Of a stretch of DNA of 64,000 bases, positions 38,043 to 47,361 are shown piece after piece. Each line of letters begins with the position of its first letter. Positions within the stretch are counted from its first letter, which is position 1. The translations under genes and the position numbers were made by a program. This stretch comes from Promethearchaeati archaeon SRVP18_Atabeyarchaeia-1. GTDB lineage: Archaea > Asgardarchaeota > Atabeyarchaeia > Atabeyarchaeales > Atabeyarchaeaceae. The stretch is from assembly GCA_037308085.1 (NCBI GenBank), contig CP147779.1:2560001-2624000 (forward strand). The letters run 5' to 3'. The notes beneath the pieces are model-generated. The model saw only the letters and a program-made list of their open reading frames with translations. It searched no databases and was not told the origin of the DNA.

Positions 38043-41000
38043 ATGGTAACCAAGGACCAGGCAAAAGAGCATATCAAGAAACTAGTTGAGACTTTCAAGA
38101 GCAACATTGATCAGTATCAACAAGCGAGTTACAAAGAAGCTCACGTCAGAAAAGAGTTCATCGATAAGTTCTTTGTTGCGTTAGGATGGGATGTCTACAA
38201 TGATGAAGGGAGGTCTGAGCGATACAAGGAGGTCATAAATGAGGACGCAATAAAGATTGGTGGAAAGACCAAAGCACCTGACTACGCCTTCAGAATTGGC
38301 GGAACAAGGATATTCTTTGTCGAGGCAAAGAAACCATCTATCAACATCAAGGAAGACGCTGAACCTGCTTTTCAACTTAGAAGATATGCATGGAACTCAA
38401 AAATCCCTCTTTCCATACTAACAGATTTTGAGGAATTCATAGCCTATGATTGCAGAGTCAAGCCTTCTCCGAAGGATGGCCCTGCTGTTGCACGGCTATT
38501 TAATCTGAACTTCGAAGAATATATGGACAAATTCGATACTATCTGGGATATCTTCTCAAAAGAGGCAGTTCTGAAAGGAAACTTTGATAGATATGTGGAA
38601 ACAAGTCAGGGGAAGAAAGGAACTTCTGAGGTAGATAGCGAATTCCTAAGTGAAATAGAGGCATGGAGAGATACATTAGCAAGGAATATTGCACTCAGGA
38701 ATCCCAAATTATCGATTTCTGAGTTGAATTATGCGTTACAGAAAACTATCGACAGAATCTTGTTCTTAAGAATCTGCGAGGATAGAAACATAGAAGACTA
38801 TGAAAAACTGAAAACCATAGTTCAAAACCCTGGCACATATGTATCATTATTGGGTTACTTCAGATTAGCAGACGAGAAGTATAACAGTGGAATCTTCGGT
38901 TTCGCTGATGACAGGATAACCGAGAAAATGGATATTGATGACAAACCTCTCAAAGATATCATAACCAGTCTTTACTACCCTTACTCCCCTTATGACTTCT
39001 CAGTTCTCAACGTTGAGATCTTGGGTAGCGTTTATGAAAGATTTCTTGGAAAGACTGTCAGGCTGACGAGCTCACATCAGGCGAAAGTTGAAGAAAAACC
39101 AGAGGTCAAAATAGCTGGTGGCGTCTACTACACCCCCGAATTCGTTGTCGATTACATAGTAAAAGAGACTGTCGGCAGGCTGATCGAAGGAAAATCACCT
39201 GAAGAGATCGAGAAAATAAGGATCCTCGATCCTGCGTGTGGCTCTGGAACTTTTTTGGTCAGAGCATATTCTTGCCTATTGGATTATCATCTCAACTATT
39301 ACTTGGGGAATCCGACAAAGTACTCAAAGGAGATCGTTCAACTGAAGGAAAACCAGTGGTTTTTGACTACTAGTACGAGGAAGAAGATACTGCTGAACAA
39401 CATCTTCGGCGTGGATATTGATCCTCAAGCTGTTGAGTTGACAAAACTGAGCCTCCTGCTCAAGGTCTTAGAGAATGAAACCAAAGAAACCGTCAACCAC
39501 CAAATGAAACTATCTCGGGAAAGAGCTTTACCAGACTTGGATAATAACGTTCGATGTGGCAACTCTTTGGTCGATTCCTCGTACTTAAAGCAGACTACTC
39601 TGGTCCCTAACGCAGAAGAACTAGCTAAGGTCAATCCATTCGATTGGGAAGACAAACAGAGTGGCTTTGGCAAAGCCATGAAAGATGTACGATTTGATGT
39701 AATCATAGGAAATCCGCCTTATGTCAAAGAAGATGTCAGAAAGGAGATTTTTGATGCAGTCAAACGCACAAACCTAAAGAAATACTACCAAGGAAAAATG
39801 GATTACTGGTATTTCTTTACATGCAAAGCAATAGACCTGATGAAAGAAGGTGGGTTACATAGTTTCATTGCTCAAAACAACTGGATAACCAGCGATGGAG
39901 CCTCAATCCTCAGAGACAAGATATTATCGGAAACAAGAATGGTAAAATTCTTTGATTTTAATGAATTCAAGGTCTTCAAGAAAGCAAGCATTCAGACAAT
40001 GGTTTTTGTCTTAGAAAGAAGAGAGACCACCGAGCCCTACCTCGTAGACTACTATAAGATTCTTGGTAGAGATGTTACAAAAGAAGAACTAAGGAATTAC
40101 CTCATGGCAGGCGGAGACGGCAAAAACTTGGAACACTCCGAAGTGACGATTTCACCCAAAGAGCTGATTGGTAAGACTATAACATTCACGGATCCAAAAA
40201 TCAACCGCATCATAGACAAGATCTATTCTAAAGGTAACATGTTCTTGAAGAGTGAAGATATAGGTAACGGGATAGATGTGTTGCAGGACTTTGTGTCGAG
40301 TGAACACCTAGAGATTCTAAAAGACTCGAGTATCAGCAAAGGAGACGGTATATTTGTTTTGAATAAGGAAGAAGTGAGAAAGCTAGGCTTCAACAAGACC
40401 GAGCTAGAGAAGATCAAGCCCTATTACACCTCCCGGGAGCTATTGAAATACTTCGGGGACGTTAGGAATAGGCACTGGATCATATACGCCGATAAAGATG
40501 TTAGAAGCAACATCAGTAGTTATCCAAATATCAAGAACCATTTAGATCGGTTTAGGAAGGTGCTGACTTCCGTATTCAAACCTTATGGACTGCACAGACC
40601 ACGGGAGCGGAAATTCTTCGAAGGAGAGAAAATACTTTCTCTGAGAAAAACGAAGGAGGTTTCGTTCACATATACCGACTTCCCGTGTTACGTTTCGAGA
40701 GCTTTCCTAATAATAAAGTCTCCAGACATAGATCTAAAGTATTTGACGGGATTACTGAACTCGAAGCTCGTGAATTTCTGGTTGTATCACAAGGGTAAGA
40801 AACAAGGAGAACAGCTCCAAGTCGATAAGAATCCATTAATGAAACTTCCAATTTATAAGCCAAATAACAAAGTCAGAGACGAGCTCAACACACAAGATGA
40901 GATATCGAGAACGGTCGATATGATAATTGAAACCAGCAAGAAGCTACTAGGCACAAAACTGGCTTCTGAGGAGACCATCCTGAGAAAACAAATTTCAACT

Positions 41001-41093
41001 CTAGAGGGAAAGATTGACGAAATGGTCTACGGGCTCTATGAGATTGCTGAATCTGAAAAGAGGGAGATCGAAAAGAGGATAGGCAAGAATTAG
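38043..41093 (+). CDS. Type IIG restriction-modification fusion (endonuclease + N6-adenine MTase + TRD; Eco57I/TaqI-C-like)
   Basis: APDY...FVEAK nuclease, GVYYTP, ILDPACGSG, IGNPPY, C-terminal LTGLLNSKL TRD region; visibly AT-richer than the host genes. Confidence 0.92.
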   Translation: MVTKDQAKEHIKKLVETFKSNIDQYQQASYKEAHVRKEFIDKFFVALGWDVYNDEGRSERYKEVINEDAIKIGGKTKAPDYAFRIGGTRIFFVEAKKPSINIKEDAEPAFQLRRYAWNSKIPLSILTDFEEFIAYDCRVKPSPKDGPAVARLFNLNFEEYMDKFDTIWDIFSKEAVLKGNFDRYVETSQGKKGTSEVDSEFLSEIEAWRDTLARNIALRNPKLSISELNYALQKTIDRILFLRICEDRNIEDYEKLKTIVQNPGTYVSLLGYFRLADEKYNSGIFGFADDRITEKMDIDDKPLKDIITSLYYPYSPYDFSVLNVEILGSVYERFLGKTVRLTSSHQAKVEEKPEVKIAGGVYYTPEFVVDYIVKETVGRLIEGKSPEEIEKIRILDPACGSGTFLVRAYSCLLDYHLNYYLGNPTKYSKEIVQLKENQWFLTTSTRKKILLNNIFGVDIDPQAVELTKLSLLLKVLENETKETVNHQMKLSRERALPDLDNNVRCGNSLVDSSYLKQTTLVPNAEELAKVNPFDWEDKQSGFGKAMKDVRFDVIIGNPPYVKEDVRKEIFDAVKRTNLKKYYQGKMDYWYFFTCKAIDLMKEGGLHSFIAQNNWITSDGASILRDKILSETRMVKFFDFNEFKVFKKASIQTMVFVLERRETTEPYLVDYYKILGRDVTKEELRNYLMAGGDGKNLEHSEVTISPKELIGKTITFTDPKINRIIDKIYSKGNMFLKSEDIGNGIDVLQDFVSSEHLEILKDSSISKGDGIFVLNKEEVRKLGFNKTELEKIKPYYTSRELLKYFGDVRNRHWIIYADKDVRSNISSYPNIKNHLDRFRKVLTSVFKPYGLHRPRERKFFEGEKILSLRKTKEVSFTYTDFPCYVSRAFLIIKSPDIDLKYLTGLLNSKLVNFWLYHKGKKQGEQLQVDKNPLMKLPIYKPNNKVRDELNTQDEISRTVDMIIETSKKLLGTKLASEETILRKQISTLEGKIDEMVYGLYEIAESEKREIEKRIGKN

Positions 41094-41283
41094 TACACAA
41101 ACCAAACAGAGTATAGGAGACGGCGCCATCAAGTTCTTTTCTCCCCCTTTCTTTTCCCTTCGCTCTGTTTTTCTCTGATTGCGCAACAAACATATTAACA
41201 GGAATGTCATTATTACATGGTAATTTCGGTCATCCTTTTAGTTTTCCAGCTACTGAGAATATTATGAGACATTTTGTTAGTTG

Positions 41284-41294
41284 AATTAACTTAT
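41284..41294 (+). repeat. attR core
   Basis: AATTAACTTAT preceded by the arm TTTTGTTAGTTG. Confidence 0.75.
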
Positions 41295-41359
41295 TATAGG
41301 TCTTCAAGACTATTAAGCTATATGTGTGCGCCAAGGTCGTTCTGGAGGGTTAAAGTCTA

Positions 41360-41809
41360 GTGGGAGGTAAGTCCGAATCCTCGTCTTCTGCCAGTAGTGA
41401 GACCAACCCAATTCTAGCGCGTCTTGACAAGATCGCAGCGACTTTGGAGAGGCTGCTTGAGGTCTCTCTTGAATTGACAGAGCGGCTTCATGAGATCAGC
41501 GCAGTAAAGACACCGACTGTCAGAGCGGTGGAAGAAAGAGCACTAGTTGACTCACTACCTAAGGGGATAGACGTCTCGACGCTCCTAGACTTGCCCGATC
41601 ATCTGCGCAGACCGCTGATGACGATTTTCAAGCTCGGTGGCAGAGGAACGGCCGCGCAAGTCAGTGACAAACTCGGAGTAAGCAGACCCCAAGCAAGCGC
41701 AACCCTGAACAGTCTAGTACGCCTCAATCTGCTTATCAAGAAACGTGAGGGAAAGGAAGGACGACGCGGAGCCGATGCTATCTTCATGATCCCTGAGGAA
41801 AAACAATGA
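41360..41809 (+). CDS. Coiled-coil + wHTH transcriptional regulator
   Basis: IDVSTLLDLPDHLR...GTAAQVSDKLGVSRPQASATLNSLVRLNLL. Confidence 0.8.
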   Translation: MGGKSESSSSASSETNPILARLDKIAATLERLLEVSLELTERLHEISAVKTPTVRAVEERALVDSLPKGIDVSTLLDLPDHLRRPLMTIFKLGGRGTAAQVSDKLGVSRPQASATLNSLVRLNLLIKKREGKEGRRGADAIFMIPEEKQ

Positions 41810-41895
41810 GTGGAAGCGGAGAAATGGGTGCGCGGAGGGCTCCCGCGAAACCGCCTGGCACGTCACGAGAAATGTGTTCAGGCATCAGTTGAATT

Positions 41896-42267
41896 CTATT
41901 CTTCAGTTTTGTCTGGTTTCCATTTTCTAAGAAATCCTGCCACCTTTCTGGCCACAATGCTCCTCGACATATCGATTACGGGTATGTCTATGGTTCCCAC
42001 ACTTATTTTCTCTTTGAATTCAGGCATTAACGCGAAACTGATGCTCAGCCAGTAACTACGACCCTGAATCATCTCCTTGAATATTGTCGCCGATGTTGGA
42101 GCCAGAGGTACTCCTGTGAAAACGACTCCCTCGGCCCAGCTTAGTAGACTGGGTTGCCCTATTCTGAATAGAACCGCTGCTATGCTTGCCAGCTCCTCCT
42201 TGCTCTCGAATTGGACGACTTCCATTATGTGGATCTGCCGAATTGGACTGTAAAGGATCTCAGTCAT
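41896..42267 (-). CDS. Conserved archaeal hypothetical protein
   Basis: 123 aa with LLSWAEGVVF and IPVIDM motifs, recalled from TACK/Asgard hypotheticals. Confidence 0.65.
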   Translation of the reverse strand: MTEILYSPIRQIHIMEVVQFESKEELASIAAVLFRIGQPSLLSWAEGVVFTGVPLAPTSATIFKEMIQGRSYWLSISFALMPEFKEKISVGTIDIPVIDMSRSIVARKVAGFLRKWKPDKTEE

Positions 42268-42390
42268 GGGATCTCAAGAGGCCCCCTTGCATTGCTCTTA
42301 TCCAAATAAGATGAGATAATATGACGTGTTAGCTTCTAGAGATGACTATTATTTAAGTGCATCTGGGACTGATTCCTTGCGGAGATGCTC

Positions 42391-44025
42391 TCACGTTTCG
42401 AGCTTCATTGCCGGTTGCGCTTCCTCTTTAGGCCTGCTCTTTCTCTGCCAGAAGACCGCCACCATGCCACTTGCCAAACCTATGAAAATGATCGACAGGG
42501 CTAGAACTGTGATCGTCTCTTCGACCCTGCCATACGCGTAGTAATTACCGCTGTTATTGGCGATGGCGAGATTGCCCGCGTAGTCGTATGCCTCGACGTA
42601 GTAGTAGACTTGCGAAGAGTTCTGCCGGGGTATCACGGCAGAGTATAGATCACCTGACCCTGCGCTCATTTGGATCCGATTCCAAGTACGTAGTTCATCG
42701 GATGAGTAGAGAAGCGTTGCGTTTCTTACGCTACTTGAGTCGGTTCCGGTATCGGTTATTACTGCTCTTACGGTAGCAGGTTGCGTACTTGGCCAGGTTC
42801 CAGGAACAGGATATCTGAGATCAATATTGGGTGGGGTATTGTCTGGGTTAATCAGACCCACAGAGACCCTGTAGGATTGTGAATATGCTGAGAGAACTGT
42901 AATGTTGATGTTCCTCCCACCATCGGTGTAAATGTTGTTGCCCGGCGCAGTTGTGTATGTGGCCATCGTCAGCGACTGAGAGTACTTCACTGTGACTATT
43001 CCTTCCCCTGATGCTCGAGTCTCATCGCAGTAGAGTATTAGCACACCAGTCGCCGGGAGATATGAGTCATAGTGAATCTTTTGTCTGACTTCAACTAGGT
43101 AGCATGTGTCCGTGGTCACGGGGATCTTCATTACAGTAAAATTGTTACCATTGGTCTCCAGTGGGTCAATTACGCCCTGATCTATTCTGCCGACCAGACT
43201 TGCGTTTGCGGAAATCCAACCCATCTGGATTTTGCACCATGATGTCAAGTGTGATGGGGAGGTTCCTTGTGGAGTTCCTAGCCAAGCCCCCTCCGCCATG
43301 AGGTCCCACTTTCCCACGTATTCACCTCCTCCATCAGTATTGTAGAGGTCTGGGAGGCCAAGCGAGTGCCCGAACTCGTGGGCGAATATTCCCATTGGGT
43401 CTTGTTCGGAGACGACAATTCCATTTGTGATAGTCACTCCATCATTTGTAGGGATATCTAGACCACTCCAGTATGCTGACCAGATATCATTTGAAATGCT
43501 GCTCGCGGCCTGATCTCCTCCTGAGTGAACAACTATGACTACATCGTAGTTGGCGAAGTTGGTCGAATTGTCAGTCATCTCTATAATGTCTCGTATCAGC
43601 CACCAGCTGTCTGGGTCAACAACACCCATATCATGGCCATATTGTACTGTGTCGTTGGGCATAGGAATCCAATTAGTCGTGTTCCCTGTGAGAGCCATCT
43701 CGTGGTATGAGACCTCATCATAATAGGACGCCATGATCTGGAATACTGTCGAGTTAATCGCACTGACTGACGTGGAGTTCGATACGTCGGCGAGTTCTGC
43801 AAGTATCACGATTATTCTTTCCTTCTGCGGAGCTGGGGCACCCTCTATCAGCGCGGGGATCTGAGCAATACTACTGGGGGAGGAGGGTTCCTGTGACGTT
43901 TTCCGTGATGCGAGCGTATATGCAGATGTGACGCTGTAGAAGTTAGGCAGAATAAGCACAGTAATTAGGATGCTAATCATCAGCATATTTGTCCCGCAGG
44001 ATCGCGCGCTTCGTTCAGAGGACAA
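42391..44025 (-). CDS. Membrane-anchored M6 (immune inhibitor A-like) metalloprotease
   Basis: Signal peptide, HSGGDQA, AHEFGHSLGLPDLY, WDLMAEG Met-turn, YLVEVR, C-terminal Ig-like domain and TM. Confidence 0.9.
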   Translation of the reverse strand: MSSERSARSCGTNMLMISILITVLILPNFYSVTSAYTLASRKTSQEPSSPSSIAQIPALIEGAPAPQKERIIVILAELADVSNSTSVSAINSTVFQIMASYYDEVSYHEMALTGNTTNWIPMPNDTVQYGHDMGVVDPDSWWLIRDIIEMTDNSTNFANYDVVIVVHSGGDQAASSISNDIWSAYWSGLDIPTNDGVTITNGIVVSEQDPMGIFAHEFGHSLGLPDLYNTDGGGEYVGKWDLMAEGAWLGTPQGTSPSHLTSWCKIQMGWISANASLVGRIDQGVIDPLETNGNNFTVMKIPVTTDTCYLVEVRQKIHYDSYLPATGVLILYCDETRASGEGIVTVKYSQSLTMATYTTAPGNNIYTDGGRNINITVLSAYSQSYRVSVGLINPDNTPPNIDLRYPVPGTWPSTQPATVRAVITDTGTDSSSVRNATLLYSSDELRTWNRIQMSAGSGDLYSAVIPRQNSSQVYYYVEAYDYAGNLAIANNSGNYYAYGRVEETITVLALSIIFIGLASGMVAVFWQRKSRPKEEAQPAMKLET

Positions 44026-44033
44026 TTACTCTC

Positions 44034-44288
44034 TCAACCCCCCGCCACTGGTAGAATCAAGGACACCTCTTGTCCGTCTTTGAGTATCGGTTCCCGCAAC
44101 TCTGCATTCTTCACCATTCTGCCATCGACAAAAACGCCTGCCTGCTTCAACCGGTCCTTTGCCTCTGGATGGAGCTTGAAGATACCGTCAAGGAGCTCCC
44201 TGACTGTCCCCCTCTCCAAGTCTACTGTGCGCTGTTGTTCCCCGATAACCAGCCTGGTAGCCCCAACGAATTTCACGGTTATTCTCAA
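44034..44288 (-). CDS. MoaD/ThiS-family sulfur carrier (SAMP)
   Basis: MRITVKFVG...VFVDG...LKDGQEVSLILPVAGG. Confidence 0.92.
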   Translation of the reverse strand: MRITVKFVGATRLVIGEQQRTVDLERGTVRELLDGIFKLHPEAKDRLKQAGVFVDGRMVKNAELREPILKDGQEVSLILPVAGG

Positions 44289-44399
44289 TGAGCTTCGGCA
44301 CCTCGCAAGTCGTCACTGCGATCCGTAATGAAGTGTGCGTTTTCGGGAAGCCACCCTCTGCCATCAACTGGAATTCTACAGAATGCGCTTAATCGACGA

Positions 44400-45035
44400 T
44401 CACACAAGCTTCAGCTCAACGGACATAAGAGTCCTTCTGATCATCTCATCGGCGTCAAGTTTCTGCTCCTCTCCTGACACTCGAGATGGATTTGCGCACG
44501 TTGCGGGTTTACTTGGTACCGCTGTGCAGCAAAGCCCCGGGGAGATCGACGTGTCGTACGTCCCGATCATCTTTGCCATGTCCATTATCTCTTGCTTATC
44601 TAGACCGATTAGGGGTCTCAGGATTGGCGTCTTCACTGCTGAGCTGATTGCATGCAGGTTCTTTAGTGTTTGACTCGCAACTTGGCCAATAGATTCGCCC
44701 GTTACTATTGCCTGGCATTCATCCTTGATAGCTATTTGCTCAGCTGCTCTGTACATGAACCTTCGGCAGAGGACGCAGGTAAGATGCCTATCGCAGTTTC
44801 TCATTATGTCGGTCTGGTTTGGACCGTGGGCTACTGTGTAGAGTTTCAATGGTTCCCCGTAATAACCCCTCAGTATTTTTGCGATAGCATCAACCTTGGA
44901 TAGACTCTTCTTGTCTGAAAATGGCCAGTTGCTGAGGTGCAGTAGTGATATGCCGAATCCTCTCTTGATCATCATGTAGGTGGCGACTGCCGAGTCTATG
45001 CCGCCCGAAAGCAAGGAAACCAATTTAACTTTCAT
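44400..45035 (-). CDS. ThiI-like PP-loop thiouridylase, catalytic domain only
   Basis: SGGIDS, TCVLCRR, TGESIGQVASQTL, ILRPLIGLDKQEI, CC; no THUMP domain. Confidence 0.85.
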   Translation of the reverse strand: MKVKLVSLLSGGIDSAVATYMMIKRGFGISLLHLSNWPFSDKKSLSKVDAIAKILRGYYGEPLKLYTVAHGPNQTDIMRNCDRHLTCVLCRRFMYRAAEQIAIKDECQAIVTGESIGQVASQTLKNLHAISSAVKTPILRPLIGLDKQEIMDMAKMIGTYDTSISPGLCCTAVPSKPATCANPSRVSGEEQKLDADEMIRRTLMSVELKLV

Positions 45036-45300
45036 GTGAACCGAGATCCTGGTGTAGTTTTTCTATTGTCTTCTTCGCCAAGTCCATGCTTTCCACGTCT
45101 TTTGCTAGGACCCTTCCTGAAGGAAACAATGTGAGCTCATATTCTTTCTTGACTACCATCACGTAGTCTGTCAGGGCTATTATTTCATAGCCCTTTGCAC
45201 GAAGCGTTTTTGAACACTCATTAAGGTCTAGCCTGACCTGGCGAGTTAGTATTCCTTCATAAGCTGCCTTTGTTGAGCAGGGCCTTACCACGAGCATCAA
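45025..45300 (-). CDS. Small protein resembling the C-terminal domain of ThiF/MoeB-like proteins
   Basis: VVRPC at the N-terminus; ELTLFPSGRVLAK; overlaps the ThiI-like gene. Confidence 0.55.
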   Translation of the reverse strand: MMLVVRPCSTKAAYEGILTRQVRLDLNECSKTLRAKGYEIIALTDYVMVVKKEYELTLFPSGRVLAKDVESMDLAKKTIEKLHQDLGSHES

Positions 45301-45488
45301 AATCGCACCCTACCGCAGGTGTGTCTCCAGAAGACCTATCCTAGGACCAGATCTTTGACAGGTTTGGCACGCTTATCAAGGTCTAGGGTGACACTGAATC
45401 GCCTGAGAATCTTCGACGAATCAGTTATTGATTGGTTCAATATGGTTAATCAAAGATGTTGAGCTGGAGTGTTCCTAAAAGCTATTCT

Positions 45489-46093
45489 GTCAGTTACCCA
45501 CCGCTTGAGCTTGTGGGCTTGCAACTCGGGGTTGTTTGACGCTGTCGTTTCAAACCCTTCACCTTGCCAAACGCGCCTACTGACGGAGGCGCTGGTATGC
45601 TCCGTCCCTGCTTATGGGCAGGCCGATCCTCTTGTTGCTGGCTCGCAGGGTCAGCACGGGGTTCCCCCTCTTTGTCTTCTTGAAGCTGAAGAGGCGCGCG
45701 TCGAAGCGGACGACGCACTTCTCCACGCGACCAGCGCGGCGGATGGTCTTCCTTTCGCTCCACGCGTAGCTTGTGGCCTCGACCACGAGCTGGGATGCCA
45801 CTTGGTGCCTGCCTCTTAGCGCCTTGTAGGTCTTGTTGTGGAGTTGGCCTCTGCTCTTGGCGCCGCCAAGGCAGTCGAGGGCCTCCTTCACGATGCTGAG
45901 GATTGTGGTGTAGGTCTGCTTGAGCATTCTCCTCTTTGCTTCTGTGGGTTCAAGGAGGTTGAGAGGCAGGCACTTTCTCATGGTATCTCCCAGAGGATGT
46001 TAGGAGGCGCGGTATTTAAGGCTCCCAACTGCAGTCTCGCTGCGATCTCTCCCACCCCTAAAAGGATGTGGGCTTCCTCGCAGCGCCTCTGTG
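45489..46093 (-). mobile_element. Internally deleted IS200/IS605-family (tnpB-only) element with both ends
   Basis: Minus-strand left-end hairpin AAGCCCACATCCTTTTAGGGGTGGG after ATGAT; right-end hairpin AAGCCCACAAGCTCAAGCGGTGGG-TAACTGAC; GC-richer than flanks. Confidence 0.75.
45577..45981 (-). pseudogene. tnpB: Truncated TnpB (N-terminal 134 aa, no RuvC)
   Basis: LLEPTEAKRRMLKQTY...LHNKTYKALR..HQVASQLV...VRFDARLFSF; stops before the RuvC-I Asp motif. Confidence 0.8.
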
Positions 46094-46208
46094 ATCATAT
46101 TCTTTGGGCATTGTTCCTGGCTGGTGCCGTCTAGAGAATCCATATATGTCGCATCGGAAGAATGCCTATTTCGAGCATCTGTTGAAACGGCGTTAGCTGG
46201 TAGAAACG

Positions 46209-47321
46209 ATGGCACCACGGAATCTGCGATTCCTTGATCTCGGAGGCATAGAACCAATTGCCTCGCAGGCGATATATGAAGCGGTAGCAGTGGCTAGGCA
46301 ACGAGGTATTGTCGCTGACACGTTGATTATATGTTGGCCCAACTCTCCCCTTGTTTGCGTTGGCTACTTTCAGGAAGTGGAGAAAGAGCTGGATGTGAAG
46401 TACTGTGAGAGTAGGAACGTGCCGATAGTCAGAAGGATACTGGGTGGTGGCGCAGTCTACCTAGATTCAAATCAAGTGTTTTACCAGATCATAGGTGAGA
46501 GAGGTGGCAATATAATACCGGTCGATATCGAAGCCGTCTTTCGCAAGATGTTGGAGGCCCCAATTAGGGCATACAAGGAGATGGGGATCCCTGTGGTCTA
46601 CAGACCAGTGAACGACATCGAAGTTGAAGGAAGAAAGATCTCAGGTAACGGCGCGGGGGAGATTGATGGAATAGCTATTCTTACAGGTAACATTATTCTT
46701 GATTTCAACTATAATGAGATGACTAGGATTTTGAAGGTCCCAGATGAGAAGTTCAGGGACAAGCTCACCAAGTCCCTGAGAGAACGAGTAACCACGGTGA
46801 AGCGTGAACTGGGATCCGCTCCAAATCGCAAAGACGTCAAGGATTCTTTAGTGAAGCACTTTCAGGAGGTGCTTGGAGTGGAATTGACTCTGGGATCTTT
46901 ATCCACAGAAGAAAACAGTCTGTTGAGGAAACTGGTGAAAGAGAAGTATCTATCTAAGAAATGGACCTACGGAAACAGCGGCAGGCGTACAGCACTGTCG
47001 CAGCCTAGGATCGTCAAGGTGAGCGGTCAAACCATAGTCGGACAGGGAACGTACAAGTCTGTGGGTGGATTGATAAGGGTGACAGCCGAGTTTAGGGAAA
47101 ACAGGATCAACGAGATACTGATAAGCGGAGACTTCACTTTTCTTCCACCCAAGATCCCCGAGCTCGAAGAGGAGCTCCTCAAGGTGGATCTTGATGAGCA
47201 GATCTTGGTTGGCGTGATTAAGAAGTTCTATGATCGCAACAAGATTGCGTCTCCTGGAACAACCCCTGGTGATTTTGCAGAGGCCATTATGATCGCAAGC
47301 GGGACTCGTGATCTGCAATAA
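46209..47321 (+). CDS. lplA: Lipoate-protein ligase A with C-terminal domain
   Basis: VRRILGGGAVYLD, VNDIEVEGRKISGNG, KSVGGLIRV, ISGDF. Confidence 0.92.
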   Translation: MAPRNLRFLDLGGIEPIASQAIYEAVAVARQRGIVADTLIICWPNSPLVCVGYFQEVEKELDVKYCESRNVPIVRRILGGGAVYLDSNQVFYQIIGERGGNIIPVDIEAVFRKMLEAPIRAYKEMGIPVVYRPVNDIEVEGRKISGNGAGEIDGIAILTGNIILDFNYNEMTRILKVPDEKFRDKLTKSLRERVTTVKRELGSAPNRKDVKDSLVKHFQEVLGVELTLGSLSTEENSLLRKLVKEKYLSKKWTYGNSGRRTALSQPRIVKVSGQTIVGQGTYKSVGGLIRVTAEFRENRINEILISGDFTFLPPKIPELEEELLKVDLDEQILVGVIKKFYDRNKIASPGTTPGDFAEAIMIASGTRDLQ

Positions 47322-47361
47322 GTCAGTTACGCAGGCAAAAAGTGAGGTGATTTCCTTGGCG

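Larger units (their letters stand above)
30417..41294. mobile_element. Integrated mobile element (~10.9 kb) with tyrosine integrase, replication module and type IIG RM cargo
   Basis: 11-bp direct repeat AATTAACTTAT at 30417-30427 and 41284-41294; integrase at the left end; RHH/AbrB regulators, P-loop Rep, iteron array and RM gene inside; host-type genes outside. Confidence 0.85.

Noticed and set aside
41806-41875. ATGA...AAA...GA hairpin resembling a SECIS element
   Set aside because: Stem geometry is unconvincing and no in-frame TGA selenoprotein was seen nearby; more likely a terminator between convergent genes
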